From positions 111,352,001-111,416,000 of the forward strand of contig OX597820.1 of assembly GCA_951406725.2 (NCBI GenBank): 64,000 nucleotides of DNA. The letters run 5' to 3'. Numbering within the stretch: position 1 is the first letter of the stretch; every line of letters starts with the position of its first letter. Shown here piece by piece: positions 13,824 to 28,919 of this stretch. The stretch comes from Octopus vulgaris (Eukaryota). The notes beneath the pieces were generated by a model. It was not told where the DNA came from, did not search any database, and saw only the letters and a list, made by a program, of their open reading frames with translations. The position numbers and the translations under genes were made by a program.

Positions 13824-14255
13824 CTCTTGGCTGTCTTTAGGATACCAAACTTCTTTCTAAAGTGACAGAAGTTCATATTCCAATAATATCATTTTGTTCT
13901 ATTTCTTGCTCAATTAAAGATCAGTCAAGTACTAGAGTCTGTTTATATTCCCATAATGCATCTTAGTTGTGAATGGAATTACAACAGAATATACATTACC
14001 ACCTGCACACCCCATCAACACCCCTCCATATTAATCATTACAACCATAACCTATCAATGTGCAAGACCTCACCACTTCTACATCTCTCAATTGTTCATGT
14101 TCTAAAACACTATAAATACTCCACTAACTATTTCTAGATCCTTAGTCTAGTTTTAGTGTCACAATAGGCTATTTTCACTTACATCACCATACTATTCAAT
14201 AACTTCACATTAATCCATTTAAACCAAACTCTTGATTATATCTTCTTATTTTTAG

Positions 14256-14342
14256 GATCAGCCCTTGAAAAAGCAGGTGGTAAGGATTTCACCGAAGAAG
14301 TAAAGGAGCTGGCAGCAAAAGGGACCTTAACGATATCTGCTG
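14256..14342 (+). CDS. macroH2A: macroH2A macrodomain exon
   Basis: ttatttttAG acceptor and GTAACT donor; 87 nt, phase 1 to 1. (G)SALEKAGGKDFTEEVKELAAKGTLTISA. Confidence 0.92.
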
Positions 14343-15248
14343 GTAACTTCATTTTTACAGAGATTATTCCTATTTTTTCTACCTACTTTTCTCTACATTC
14401 CGATCTCCCTCACCTCTGTTTCTCTCTCTCTCTCTTTCCACATCAGTAATGTTCTGTGCCTATCCATCTCTGTTATAAAAGTAATCTAATCTCTCCTAAA
14501 TTGTTGATGAATCCCTCAACTTGTATTATAGAACGTTTAGCAAGTCCATTATTAATCTCTCAATTCTTCCTTTATCTGTACTTAGACATTTTAGTGAGCC
14601 CATTTCAGTCTATAATTGAACACTGTAGAAAGTTCTCTGTAAGACTTCAATTATACTATCCATTAGGTGATTGTTAATCAATAATTAAATCCACCAATGA
14701 ACCGCTTATTATTACAAAATAAGTAAACTAGGAATTTTATTGAATAAATCACATTATACACTGAACTTTATAACATGTTTTTAATTCTTATTGATGTCTT
14801 TGGTGGAAGTAGGAATTTCACAAAATCCTGCTTCCTTTCTCCCACTCTACCCCACCTTAAAAATTTGTAGACTTTTATCCATGATAGATTTCAGTAAATG
14901 CTACAGAGTCCAAAACTTAAGTTCCCTGTTTCAATTTCTGGTCAAAGCAAGGTCACTAGTAAAGCCTTTGTGAGGGGTGGACATTTCAACAATCAATGAA
15001 ATCACAAGACCAGAGACTAGGTTTTCTCTCTAATTTTTACTATTTACTGTCCTATAATACATTGTAGGTGGGTTTGATGTTTCTGGACATTTATGCATAA
15101 TTTCTCTTTTACACTTTTTCTCTCTCATGAAGACACACATTTATACACTGTCCATGCCTTCCCACAATTCCACAGACCTTGTTGCTCAATTTCACTTTTC
15201 AATTGACTCTCATGCATTCATTTTTCTATTCCACTCTCTATATCACTT

Positions 15249-15301
<53 letters not shown>

Positions 15302-15734
15302 CCTCTCATATGTTCTATTTTCTTTTCTCACTTAGACCCCTATACACACACACACACTTGTGTGTGTATATCTATATATATCATCTGCAGGAGTGGCTGT
15401 GTGGTAAGTAGCTTGCTTACCAACCACACAGTTTCAGGTTCAGTCCTACTGCGTGGCACCTTGGGCAAGTATTTTCTGCTATAGCCCTGGGCCGACCAAT
15501 GCCTTGTGAGTGAATTTGGTAGATGGAAACTGAAAGCCATTGTGTGTATGTGTACCTCTGTCTTCCCTTCCTTGGACCGTTCCTTTTCCTATGTTTCTGA
15601 TTAAGAGCTCCGCTCGAATCGAAACATTAAATCCTCCTTTTGTCTTTTCTTTCCTGAGCATCCAATAACACTATACTTGTTCCACATCCTTGCGTTGTTG
15701 TGTTTTCTCTTTGTGTTTTCATGTTTGGATTAAC

Positions 15735-15765
<31 letters not shown>

Positions 15766-16575
15766 ATGTTTGTGTCTGTTTGTTCCCCCAACCCTCGCTT
15801 GACAACTGATGTTGGTGTGTTTATGTCCCCATAACTTAGCAGTTTAGCAAAAGAAGCCAATAGAATAAGTACTAGGCTTACAAAGAACAAGTCCTGGTGT
15901 CGATTTCTTTGACTAAATGTGGTGCTCCAGCATGGTTGCAGTCAAATGACTGAAACAAATTGAAGAATACGTGTGTGTCTGTGTTCATACACCCTTAAGA
16001 CATGCAGACAGTTCCTGAGACAGAGAAACTGGATCGTAAAGAACAATTCTTCATGACAGTAGACAAAACAGGAACATATGATTGGCTGACCAACTGAACG
16101 GTGAGAAGATGAACACTTCTTTTGTACGCACACACACAATCCAACTTACTTCTACCAGCTAGACATATTTTCTATCTCTAAGAATATAATTGATGTCACT
16201 TCACTATTCATCAATCATTCAGTCATTCATCAATCATTCATCAATCACTATTCATCAATCATTCCTGTCTTCATCCTGCATTTTCTGCTGACTCACAGCT
16301 CAAGTCCTCTGTATGTGTGTGTGTGTGTGTGTGTGTGCATGTGTGCGTGTGTACATACATTAGAAGGTTACTCAGTTGTAAGTCTCTATCTTCTCACCAT
16401 CCAATCAGTCAAATGTTACAGTATATAGTCTTCCCTTGCCTTCAAACTTTTTCTTTGTCTGAGTAACCAGCTTCATGTCAAGGAAATGACAAAATTATGG
16501 ACTACTAGGCCAACTGAAATAAATTGTACTATAGTATTTTTTCCTGTTCATTAATACCAATGAACTTAACTCATG

Positions 16576-16606
<31 letters not shown>

Positions 16607-16607
<1 letters not shown>

Positions 16608-16898
16608 GAGGCGCAATGGCCCAGTAGTTAGGGCAGCGGACTCGCAGTTGTAGGATCGCGGTTTCAATTCCCAGACTGGGCGGTGTGTGTGTTTATTGAG
16701 CGAAAACACCTAAATGCTCCACAAGGCTCTGGCAGGGAGTGGTGATCCCTGCTGTACTCCTTCACCACTCTTTCTTCTGTTGGCCTGCTCACTTAACCAG
16801 CAGGGTGGCATCATTCAAAGGCTAAAACAATGCGAATGCATTGTGACCAGCGATGTGTAGCAACATCTGATGGTCTGGTCGGTCACGTGATCACGTGA
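16607..16898 (+). mobile_element. tRNA-derived SINE, family 3 (minus-strand fragments at about 37514-37627 and 43480-43610)
   Basis: tRNA-like head GGCGCAATGGCCCAGTAGTTAGGGCAG...GGTTTCAATTCCC; the 3' part recurs inverted elsewhere in the window. Confidence 0.75.
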
Positions 16899-16921
16899 TA
16901 TATATATATATATATATATAT

Positions 16922-17261
16922 CTGAGACCCCCTTCGGTCACGACACAGACCATGGGATTGCACCTAGAAAGTTACCCTCCCAGGCACAAGTCCAGGCAAG
17001 GTTGTTTATGGAAGACCAGCAGTTGCCCATGCATGCTGGCCTCCCCTCTCCATGGCACCAGTGTTATCCAAGGGAAAGGCAAAGACCAATACAGCTTGGC
17101 ATGTGTGACGTCGCAACTCATTTCTACAGCTGAGTGAACTGGAGCAACGTGAAATAAAGTGTCTTGCTAAAGAACACAACACACAGCCTGGTCCAGGATT
17201 CGAACTCACAACCTCATGATCATGAGCTCGATGCTCCAACCACTGAGCCATGTGCCTTCAC
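16922..17261 (-). mobile_element. tRNA-derived SINE, family 4
   Basis: Minus strand reads GGCACATGGCTCAGTGG (A box) ... GAGTTCGAATCC (B box) ... GCAAGACACTTT core. Related relics lie near 6375-6480 and 43630-43757. Confidence 0.75.
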
Positions 17262-19146
17262 TATATATATCCTTGTCATCATCATTTAACATCTGATTCT
17301 CTATGCTTGCATTGATCAGATGGAATTCATTGAGGATGATTTTCTACAGCTAGATACCTTTCTTGTCACTAATACTCACCTGTTTCTAAGCATGGTAATA
17401 TTTCCCCAGAGTCAAACATGTTTTTCATAGAAGACTGGAAACAAGGAACATTGTTTGTATGATGTAAACCATCATATGATATCAAAACAAGGATAAGCAA
17501 ACACATACGATGCATGCACACACATACACACACACACATTTATACACATAAATATATACCAACATATGTATCTATTTATATATATACAACAGGCTTCTTT
17601 CAGTTTCTATCTACCAAATCCACTCACAAGGTTTTTGTTGGCACAGAGCTATAATAGAAGACACTGGACCAAGGTGCCACACAATGGGACTGAACCCAAG
17701 ACCACATGGTTAAGAAGCAAGCTTCTCAAACACACAGCTACACATGCACCAAAATATATATATATATTATGTGGCCAATGCCAGTGCCGCCTTGACTGGC
17801 TTCCATGTCGGTGGCACATAAAAGCCACCAACCGATCGTGGCCGTTGCCAGCCTCCCCTGGCACCTGTGCCAGTGGCACGTAAAAAGCACCATCCGTATG
17901 TGGTCGATGCCAGCGCCACTTTGACTGGCTTCCGTGCCAGTGGCACGTAAGAAGCACCAACCGTTCGTGGCACGTGAAAAGTACCCACTACACTCATGGA
18001 GTGGTTGGCGTTAGGAAGGGCATCCAGCTGTAGAAACACTGCCAGATCAGACTGGAGCCGGGTACAGCCTCCTGGCTTCCCAGACCCCTGTTGAACCGTC
18101 TAACCCATGCTAGCATGAAAAACAGATGTTAAACGATGATAATGATGATATATATATGCATGTATATTGAATTTGAAAAAGCTCTGTATAGTGGTTAGTG
18201 TTATGGAAGAGATCCAACCATATAAACCATGCCAAAACAGACATAGGAGCTCATTGGATCCTGTCAAACCTTCCAACCCATGCAAGCCTTTAAGACAGGT
18301 TTTAAATGATCATGAAGAAGATGTGTGTGTGTGTGTCATATATATTATATGCTATTTAGACATGGCTTAGGCGACTTCTGAGATGCAGGATGACGATCCA
18401 ATTTTTTCCAGATCATATGTACTCATGGCAGTAAAGTCCATGATTTTTTTTTTTGTCTTATTTCAGTCATTAGACTGTGGTCATGCTGGGGTACCAGCAT
18501 GAAGAATTTTAGTCAAACAAGTCAATCCCAGTATTTATTATTTTTCTGTAAAGCAGCCTACCAGTCTCTTTTACCAAACTGCTAAGTTACAGGGACATAA
18601 ACATACAAACACCAGTTGTCAAGCAGTGGTAGGGGCAAACACATACACAGTGACATGTATGTGTGTGTGTCCGGCAAATAAAGTGAGTCCACAGCTGTAG
18701 CCTACACGAGTGTCACATAACCAGCCCATTCAAAAGTACCTTGGATCGTAGGGCAACATGCCGTGCTTGAGGAGACCCATTGAGTCAAGTACATCAACAT
18801 CAGCAATATCAAAATCAAATCAAATCAAATGGAAATTGTAGTTGGGAGCCCCAACTGAATGTGACCGATGCCAGTGCCGCCTTGACTGGCTTCCATGCCG
18901 GTAGCATGTAAAAAGCACCATCTGATCATGGTCAATGCCACCTCCCCTGACCCCTTGTGCCAGTGGCAGGTAAAAAGCACCCACTACACTCTTGGAGTGG
19001 TTGGCATTAGGAAGGGCATCCAGCTGTAGAAACACTGCCGGATCAGATTGGGGCCTGATGCAGCCTCCTGGCTTCCCAGACCCCAGTCGAACTGTCCGAC
19101 CCATGCCAGCATGGAAAACGGGTGTTAAACGATGATGATGTTGATG

Positions 19147-19250
<104 letters not shown>

Positions 19251-21024
19251 GGAATTTACAAAAAAAACAAAAGATGGTGTGTAAACAACAAACAGATGTA
19301 TTAGTTTAACGCTCAGGAAGTGAGAAAGTCTTTTACATTTCAAGCCTACACTCTTCGACAGAAAGGAACACAGAAATAACAGGGAGAGAAAATAAAAAAT
19401 AGAAAAGGTTTAGTGGATAGCAATCTATCGTAGGCTTCTTTCAGTTTCTGTCTACCAAATTCACTCACAAGACTTTGGTCAGCCTCCCTCTATAGACGAA
19501 GACACTTGCCCAAGGTACACTACAATGGGACTGAACCTGGATCGAAAATGTATATTTATATATATATGCTTAGAGAGCAAAAATCAGTGTATATTGAGAT
19601 TTTATTCAGTTGTATTAAGTTATATGATCTTAAGCCGAGTTTATTTGGCCCTCTTATAGATTACTGTTTCCTGAGTTTAAAAAATTTACTAATAGTTCAA
19701 AGTATAGCAAAAATTGTATTTATATATTCTCTGTTGAAGAATTTTTGCATACAAGTAGAAAGACTGGATTCATTCTGCAAAGTTTCCCTAGTCTTTCCTC
19801 TTTTGTCTTTTTTTTTTCTTCCTTTAAATATCCTTTTTTTTTTCTTTTTCAACACTACATGGATTTACTGGCATGATTGCATATAATTTGGACAAATTCA
19901 AGTATTTGTTTATTTGCCTTGGCTAATGATACCTCTGGCCATACTTCTACAAAGTCAAATGGGGTAGAAAAAACACCTCGCATCCCAGTAAACTGAATAT
20001 ATTTTGCTATACTTAAGCCTTGAAATTCTTTTTTTTTATTTAGTTGGTCTATGCATTATATAATATTACTTACCACACACATACATATATAGCACTTATA
20101 TACAGTCTCACATAGGTTGCTATAATACTTAAACATATGTAATGTACATATTTATCCCCATTTATGTCCTCTACACAGGCCATTAGAATCAGGTGTTGTT
20201 CTTGTTATTTAGCCCCAGGACAGTAACAAGTGTCCTTTTTGTTTTGTATCTACATCAAATCAATCTTTTATTTCTGGAATCATCCCAACAACAAGAGGTT
20301 TTGATTGTTCTTTGTGAATCTAGAAAAACAGTTTTGAAAGGCTAAAAATAGTAGTCAACCCAATTCACTGACAATTTATAACAGGAGATCATGATGAAAC
20401 TGCTTTAGAGAGGACTCCCAGTAACGCTCTGATTAATTACATGCTTGGATTACCATACCTTCCTACTGTCAGTCATAGTATATCTAGGAGTACATTAACC
20501 AAAGCATCATTCCCTTTCCAATACATTAGTTGAGAGATATTTGTTTGCCAATATTGTAACAGGTCGAGTGAGCACAGAGGAGTATTTTTTAACTGAGATT
20601 AAGTCCTATTTTTACAGTTAGGTGTCATTTCCATTGTTATCTGCTTTTGTAATGATTTAGTCTCTTTCCTGTAGCAGCAATGTACCATTTTTAGAAGCTG
20701 TCTGGTATTTAGAGTTATGTCCCTTAGCTCGCTGAGAACTACATGGTATTTACAGCTAGGTTTCTTTCCCACTACATCACTAATGCTCTTCGGGAAGTTC
20801 TGAACATCACAACATCTTCCAACCTTAAAGTCACTCAACTCTGAGGGAAAGTAAAATATGTAACAGTCACCTGGTTGTTCTCTTTTTGAATAGTTTCTCC
20901 ATGCTAATGTATGAAATAATAATATTATTTTCATTAGTAGTATTATTGCATTTTGCCCGACTTTACGTTCTGAGTTCAAATGCTGCCAGGGTCGCCTATT
21001 GTAGAAAGGATTATTATTATTTCT

Positions 21025-21535
21025 TTTTATCACAGGTTTTGTTGGAACTCCCAGAGTCTTGCATACATAGTAGGCTTCATGTCTGCAGCCTAAAGTACCA
21101 TGCTATATGTTCTTTTCAACTAATACTTTCCTGATTATTCTGGCCATACCAAGGAGGCAAACCTTTTGTAACAGTTCTATTGGGCCCTTTATTCCAATTT
21201 CCTTTATATTCTTCTTGATGCATTCTGATACTGTCTCCAAAGACCCAACAATAGTTGGCACTATCTTCACCTTCTTCATTTTCTATAGCTGAGCTATTTT
21301 GTACTTAAGAGGGTTGTATTTATCTATTTTTTCACCTTCCTTCTTGAATATTGATGGGTCAAAGGGGCACACAAAATCAACTATATAGCACATGTGGTGC
21401 ATCTTGTCTACCACCACAAGGTCTGGTCTATTATGCTCTAGCACCTGATCTGTTTGGATTGGGAAATCCCAGGGGATTTTGCAAATCTCTGACTCTGCCA
21501 CTCTCTGCAGTTTGTGCTCATACTACATTTTGCCT
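21025..21535 (-). mobile_element. 3' fragment of a LINE with restriction-like endonuclease (R4/Dong-like)
   Basis: WDFPIQTDQVLEHNRPDLVVVD..IVDFVCPFD..KIDKY and LLQKVCLLGMARIIRKVL motifs; the 3' end abuts (TAA)n. Confidence 0.8.
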
Positions 21536-21557
21536 CTCTCTAGCTCTCTATTATTAG

Positions 21558-23080
<1,523 letters not shown>

Positions 23081-23188
23081 CATCATTATTATTATCTTTA
23101 CCATCATCATTATCAGAAAGTTATTACTCAACAAGTTCCAATACAGTAATAATAACAATAGCAATAGTAATAAATATAAGACAATGTC

Positions 23189-23235
<47 letters not shown>

Positions 23236-23292
23236 TATTATGACCATTCACTTTTTCTTGGCAAACGTTGTCAGCTGGTTAATTTATTGCAG

Positions 23293-23470
23293 TTGCAATG
23301 TCTCGCGGCTGGAATCTGCCTGCCAAGTCTGTCATCCACCTGAACAGTCCATCATGGGGTTGCCACAATGCCCAGAAGCTTCTCGAGAAGTCCGTGCAAA
23401 ATATATTTGCCACAGCCGATAAGAATCACATGCGCTCCTTGGCCATACCACTTCTTGCCGGCACAGTGAA
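23293..23470 (+). CDS. macroH2A: macroH2A alternative penultimate exon 'a', putatively mutually exclusive, with divergent ligand-binding loop
   Basis: ttattgcAG acceptor and GTAAGT donor; 178 nt, phase 1 to 2, no stops. (V)AMSRGWNLPAKSVIHLNSPSWGCHNAQKLLEKSVQNIFATADKNHMRSLAIPLLAGTV(N) aligns with exon 41691-41865 (about 21/59 identical residues by hand). Confidence 0.8.
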
Positions 23471-24471
23471 GTAAGTTCAACATAATGGTACAAATGTTCT
23501 GTGCCACGCCCCTTCGCACACACATGCATACACACTCATACACACACATATATGTATACACACAGACATGTGTATGTATGCAATTGTACCAAGTACATTT
23601 GCATGCATACAGTTTGTGAGCCTCATTTTGTCTTGCCATAATCTGTCTCTAACTCACATTCCTCTTTGTACATCTTTGATTTCTGCCTCTCTCTTATGGA
23701 ATTTGGGAATTTGGTTCCTTGTTGGTGTTGTGGGTATAGTTGTTACTGTTGTTGTTGTTCTTGTGATTGTTTTGTGGTTGTTTGGATATATGGTTGAGAT
23801 AGTTGTTCTGGATTGTCTTTTTTTTTTTTTTTTGAAACAGTGGATGTCCAACTTCTGTTGGTATGTTAAACAATCAATTAGAGGCTTCTACATGGTTGCT
23901 TAACATGCTAAAAATAAGACCTAGATCTCTCTGAAATTAAAAATGGAAGGTAACCTGTATATCCAAAATAACATAGTCTTGATTATGCTACACTCGAAAC
24001 TGTCACCTCATTTAACACCATTACCTTGTGTTCTAAGATGCCTGTAGCAGAGTTCATTCTATTGCCAGCATCCAGACAAAGTTTGTTTTGAGAATAGCTT
24101 CCTTCCCTCCCTCTTCTCTACCTTCCTTCCATTAGTGACAAGATCCCTGAAAAGTATCATGCTTATGCTGCTCTTCCTCTCAGACTATGCTGTAAAAATA
24201 AGAGAACAAAACAAAATGAAATACTCAAAGCTTGAAATCCTTCCATCACAATCTACTTGACTTGGGGGTGAAACAACAATAACAACTGCCAGGTGAGAGG
24301 TGAACAGTTCAATTCCTGTCACCAATTTTGTATTGTGTCTCTTACTCCTGTAACTCACTCAAAACACTTACCACCCAAAAACCTCCTTTAGCTGGCTGAA
24401 AGTAGTTTGTTACTCTGATGTAAGCAGTAGCAGCATTGTAGATTTGATGCATGTTTTGTTGGCCTCTACAA

Positions 24472-24523
<52 letters not shown>

Positions 24524-25429
24524 CAAAATGGGACAAGAACGCAAAACATTCAAATAGACGATACAAAGAACACGGACGGGTCATTCGAAGCCTCTAATCT
24601 TCAGTCAAGAACCGGATCATCCTCGCAATTTCGGCTGATTAATCTTGAGATTGCTCCAATCTGGCCAGCCCCAAGGAAAAACTAAGCTACGAGCATTAGA
24701 TTTCTTGGAAAAAGGATCAACTGTATACGAAACAAGGACAGAAAAACAGACAATGTTACACGAATATAAATACAAAAAACAATAATAATAATAATAACAG
24801 GACATAACAACAGGCGTCTTTCGACCAGAGACAAATTGAATTCAGCTAGCATATTTGAAAAATAAGGCATTACGGCAGACAAAGAAAGCGATTTTTATAT
24901 ATATATATAACAGCATACGTACTCCTTGTTCTCTTATATATATATATACACACACATATATATACATACACATATATATATATATATGCATATGTATATT
25001 TGCATATATGTGTGTGTGTGTGTGTGTATAGATAGATAGATGGATAGATGGACGGACGGACGGACAAATGTATTATGGCACATATAGGTGTTTCTGATAT
25101 AACATTATGGCTGAAAAAAGTATATAGGATTACTCATTACATATATATATGTTATTCAGGAAGTTTATTTTCCTTGAGTAGTTATAAATATGTCAAAGAA
25201 AAGAAGATAAAGGAGAAGTACTAAATTGAAATAAATATGGAAAACTAGAGTTGAAAATGTAAGCTAACAAAGAGTATACCATGATAGTGATCAGGAGTGT
25301 TTATTAGTGAAATAAAAGTGAAAAGGGGAAAAAGACAGTGTGTGATTGTTGTTGATAAATAGTTAACTGTTAATCTCTTCTATGATATTGAAATGAACAC
25401 AGATCATAAAGATTAAAGAGTTTATTTTT

Positions 25430-26830
25430 ATATACAGATATTTGAAGTATCTGTTAGGGACTAAAGCCTGAAGAAGGGTAAGAGAGTGTGTGCATGCATG
25501 CATGATTTTCTTGGTAAATAGTTAAGCTTTGATGTAGTCAATCAGATATTCTATAGTTTTAGAAGGTACTTGTTAAAATGGTGGCATTTAATCAAGATCT
25601 ATGACCTAGTATTCAGATTGTTTACTGATTTAAGTTTTTCAGTATGAGGCTTTTGTCAGCTATGTATAACCCACCATGTTTTGTCATATTTCTGCATGGT
25701 CTGCATGTCATCAGGATTTTCAACTTGTTGAAATCAATTGCATTTTTCTAAGTACACAAATGATTAGTTAATTTTGTTGTATTTTTTCTATGCTTCTTAA
25801 GGAAGATGTATTGTTGAAGTACTGCTGTTTTAAGTTTGTCCTCAACTATAGTTACATAGCATTTCTATATATTATTATTATTTGGTTTAACTGAGGTGAC
25901 TTCCACTTTCTATATAATTAATTTGATATTACATGACTAGTTGAGGATAAATGTGTGTATTCAAATACAAGTTAGGGTCAGTTAACATAGTTGGTTTACA
26001 TGTTTAGTTTTTATTGGTAATACAGTTGTGATTCAGTTTAAGGGTATTTCTATTGAATAGTTTTCTTCATTAATGGTTGAGGGGGAAATGCTTATTCATA
26101 AAAGTTAGTAAGTTTTGTTTTCATTACTATTAGATGGGAGGGATTAGGCATGCATATGATATTATTTTTGAATCCACTAGTTTCTAGTGTTTTATTCTAA
26201 TTGGGAATTGATGGGCAATCTCTTTACTCTATGACAGATTAGAGATTCTTCTACTAGTATCATTAATTACATTTTTCAAAATTATGGGTTGTTGCAAGAG
26301 TACATATTAATATATGTGAATTTTTTTATTAAATGTACTGTAAGGTTGGTGTTTGTGGTTAAATTGATGGTAACATCTAAGAAATGTTAAGGTTAGTGGT
26401 TATAATTATTTGTAGGTTGAAATTTTCGAAGGCTTTAAAGTTCTTTTCTAAATGTATGTTTATTGGCTTGTTGACATATATCTAACCCACCATCTCTATG
26501 CACATCAATATCTATTGAGGTAAATTTCTTCTTAAGTGTATCCAGGATATATAAGCATACAACATTATATATCCCAGTCCTGTCAAACAAACTCACAATG
26601 GCAGTGAATGCACTTATGAGATCTGACTTTTTACCTCGAGTAGAATTTTTATCAAATAGTGAAGTTTTCCCAGTTTGCATGATGATATCTATATCATTGT
26701 AATCTATATTGTTATATATTCTAGTAAATTCTAGAATGTTGTTAAGTATAGTCTTTGAGATCACAAGTTGAAGTTCAACAATATTGAAGAGTTCTTTTTA
26801 TTAATAATATTAATAAACCAGCAACAGAGG
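25430..26830 (-). mobile_element. Degenerate Penelope-like element (RT relic)
   Basis: ORF 26435..26764 ILDTLKKKFTSIDIDVHRDGGL resembles the GLYRDDGL catalytic region; FLDVTINL-like sequence follows. Many stops; boundaries approximate. Confidence 0.55.
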
Positions 26831-27094
26831 GACTCTACTACAACCATTCTCTTGCTGGAGATCATTTCACTTCCTTATCTTACTGCTGATATTACTTTGA
26901 AATTTTCTTAATAATACAGTCGCAGTTTTTATATAGATATATTTTAAATATATATGTGTATGTATAATATTTTTCATATTTATAGTCCTGTATGTGGATG
27001 CAAGTATCTATACCAAATTGCCTTTATGATCACGTGTGTGTATATGTGCACATAGGCATATGTTTGTGAGTGATTAAGCTGTTATATATGGATG

Positions 27095-27158
<64 letters not shown>

Positions 27159-28367
27159 GGCAGGCAGGCAGGCAGACAGACAGACAGACATATATCTAAT
27201 ATACTAAGTATTTCACAATTCACCAGTCAACTGAGTCAATTCCCCATCACAGCAATCTATATTTCGTTCTGGGCACTGTAATGTAGTCATAGTGTACCCA
27301 GCAACTTAACTTATTGAAGGATGTTCAACACCTGATAGGACTTGCTTCACATTTTAATTAAACTTGGAAAAGACATTAACACTATTGGTCCTCAGTTTAT
27401 TCTCCTGTTGAACTCTAAGGTTTCATGCCTATGTACAAATTCTGATGGAATTGATGGAGTGAGAAACAAAATACCTGGCAGTGTTTAGTTACATCTTTTA
27501 TATTCTAAGTTCACATCACACCAACATCAAATTTATTTTCTACCCTCTTTGGGTCAATTAAATATCTACAAGAAAATTTTAAAAAACAATAAAATGAATG
27601 CTATAAAATAAACCTAACCCTACCCTTAAATTTGTGACTGTATTCCAATGTTTGAAATCATTATTTCAATGTGTGCTGTATACATGTGCTTATGGTATGT
27701 CTATGTGTGAATATATATGTATAAATATGTTGTGTATATTATGTATATCTATCTGCATATAATCATATATACTTATGCATATAGTAACACACGTGATATG
27801 CATATAGTCATGCATGTGTATATCAGACATTTGTGTGCATCTAGTTACACATATATTTGCATGTAGATATGTACATCTATGCATGTAATTATACATGTGT
27901 GCATGTAGCTATGCATGTGGCATGTGGCTGTTGCTTGTTGTGAAGTGCTATACAGACAGACGCTATGGTATGTATGTGTGTGCATATATATGTATATATA
28001 TGTGTGTGCGTGTGTATATATATATATATATATATGTATTCATATTTATATAACACAGTATTATGAATCCATTTCACCTGATTTTACCAATCAGTTTCAC
28101 ACTCAAGAGTTAAGAAAACCTGGAAAATCCCAGCACTCGCCAGAAGGTCAGAAGGATGCATTTGTATGTGTGTATGTATTTGTTATGTGCAACAGAAACA
28201 GTATTAGTTTAAAATATGTGTATCATACTTAATGCTGATATATCATGGAAAGCCAAATTTATTGTGGTATCCATCCTGTGATAATATCTCTTATAAATTT
28301 ACAGTGTTAAATAACACAAAAATACATCTGTAGCAGGCAAAAATCATCCACCAGTGATAATGGTTAA

Positions 28368-28410
28368 TTCTAAACATGCATTTCTGCCTCTTTGGGCTTC
28401 ATCAGTAGAA
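28368..28410 (-). ncRNA. Degenerate minimal type-I hammerhead ribozyme motif
   Basis: Minus strand TTCTA-CTGATGA-AGCC-CAAAGA-GGCA-GAAA-TGCAT-GTT-TAGAA: core boxes, 5-bp stem I and GCC/GGC stem II. It sits between direct repeats at about 28183-28298 and 28496-28613. Confidence 0.5.
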
Positions 28411-28919
28411 AGTACCTACTATCAACTGCATACTAAAACAAAATCCATTGCCACTGATAAAGGAAAACTAGATGACTGGCTGAATAAAAATTCTTTATGT
28501 GCAACAGAAGCAGTATTAGTTTAAAATAGCAGTAGGTGTGTCCTACTTAATGCAGAAACATCGTGGAATGTCAAATTTACTATGGTATTCATCCTGAGAT
28601 ATCTCTTATAGATGTATTGTGTGTGTGTGCATGTGTTTGTGTCTCCTTGTCTTGACACCATGAGGAAGGTGTAAATGAGTGTTACTGACATACAAATAGT
28701 GTTTTTCATTTCTAGTATTCTGCAAAACCATGTCTGATTGTGGGGAAATATTACTTTGCTTGGAAACAAGTGAAAGTTGGCAACAAGAAGGTTATGCAAC
28801 CTTAGAAAATCAGCCTCAATAAAACTCCATCTAACTCATGCAAGTATGGAAAAGTGAACATTAAAACAATAAGATTGTACCAGGAAGCAATAATACCAAT
28901 GTTATCTTCTAAGTGAGAC

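Noticed and set aside
16607-17261. tRNA-like sequences
   Set aside because: They are SINE heads continuing into SINE bodies; no complete cloverleaf was seen.
20179-20192. Possible 14-nt micro-exon after the acceptor-like TTTATGTCCTCTACACAG
   Set aside because: Weak donor (GTGTTG), length not a multiple of three, and it runs into a recurrent repeat motif.
23240-23422. ORF-track peptide MTIHFF... and overlapping minus-strand ORFs
   Set aside because: Wrong frames. The meaningful reading is the macrodomain exon frame at 23293-23470.
23293-23470. Exon a as part of a separate nested macrodomain gene or retrocopy
   Set aside because: I found no other paralogous exons nearby, and its boundaries and phases match the host exon exactly, which favours exon duplication. 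Not formally excluded without transcripts.
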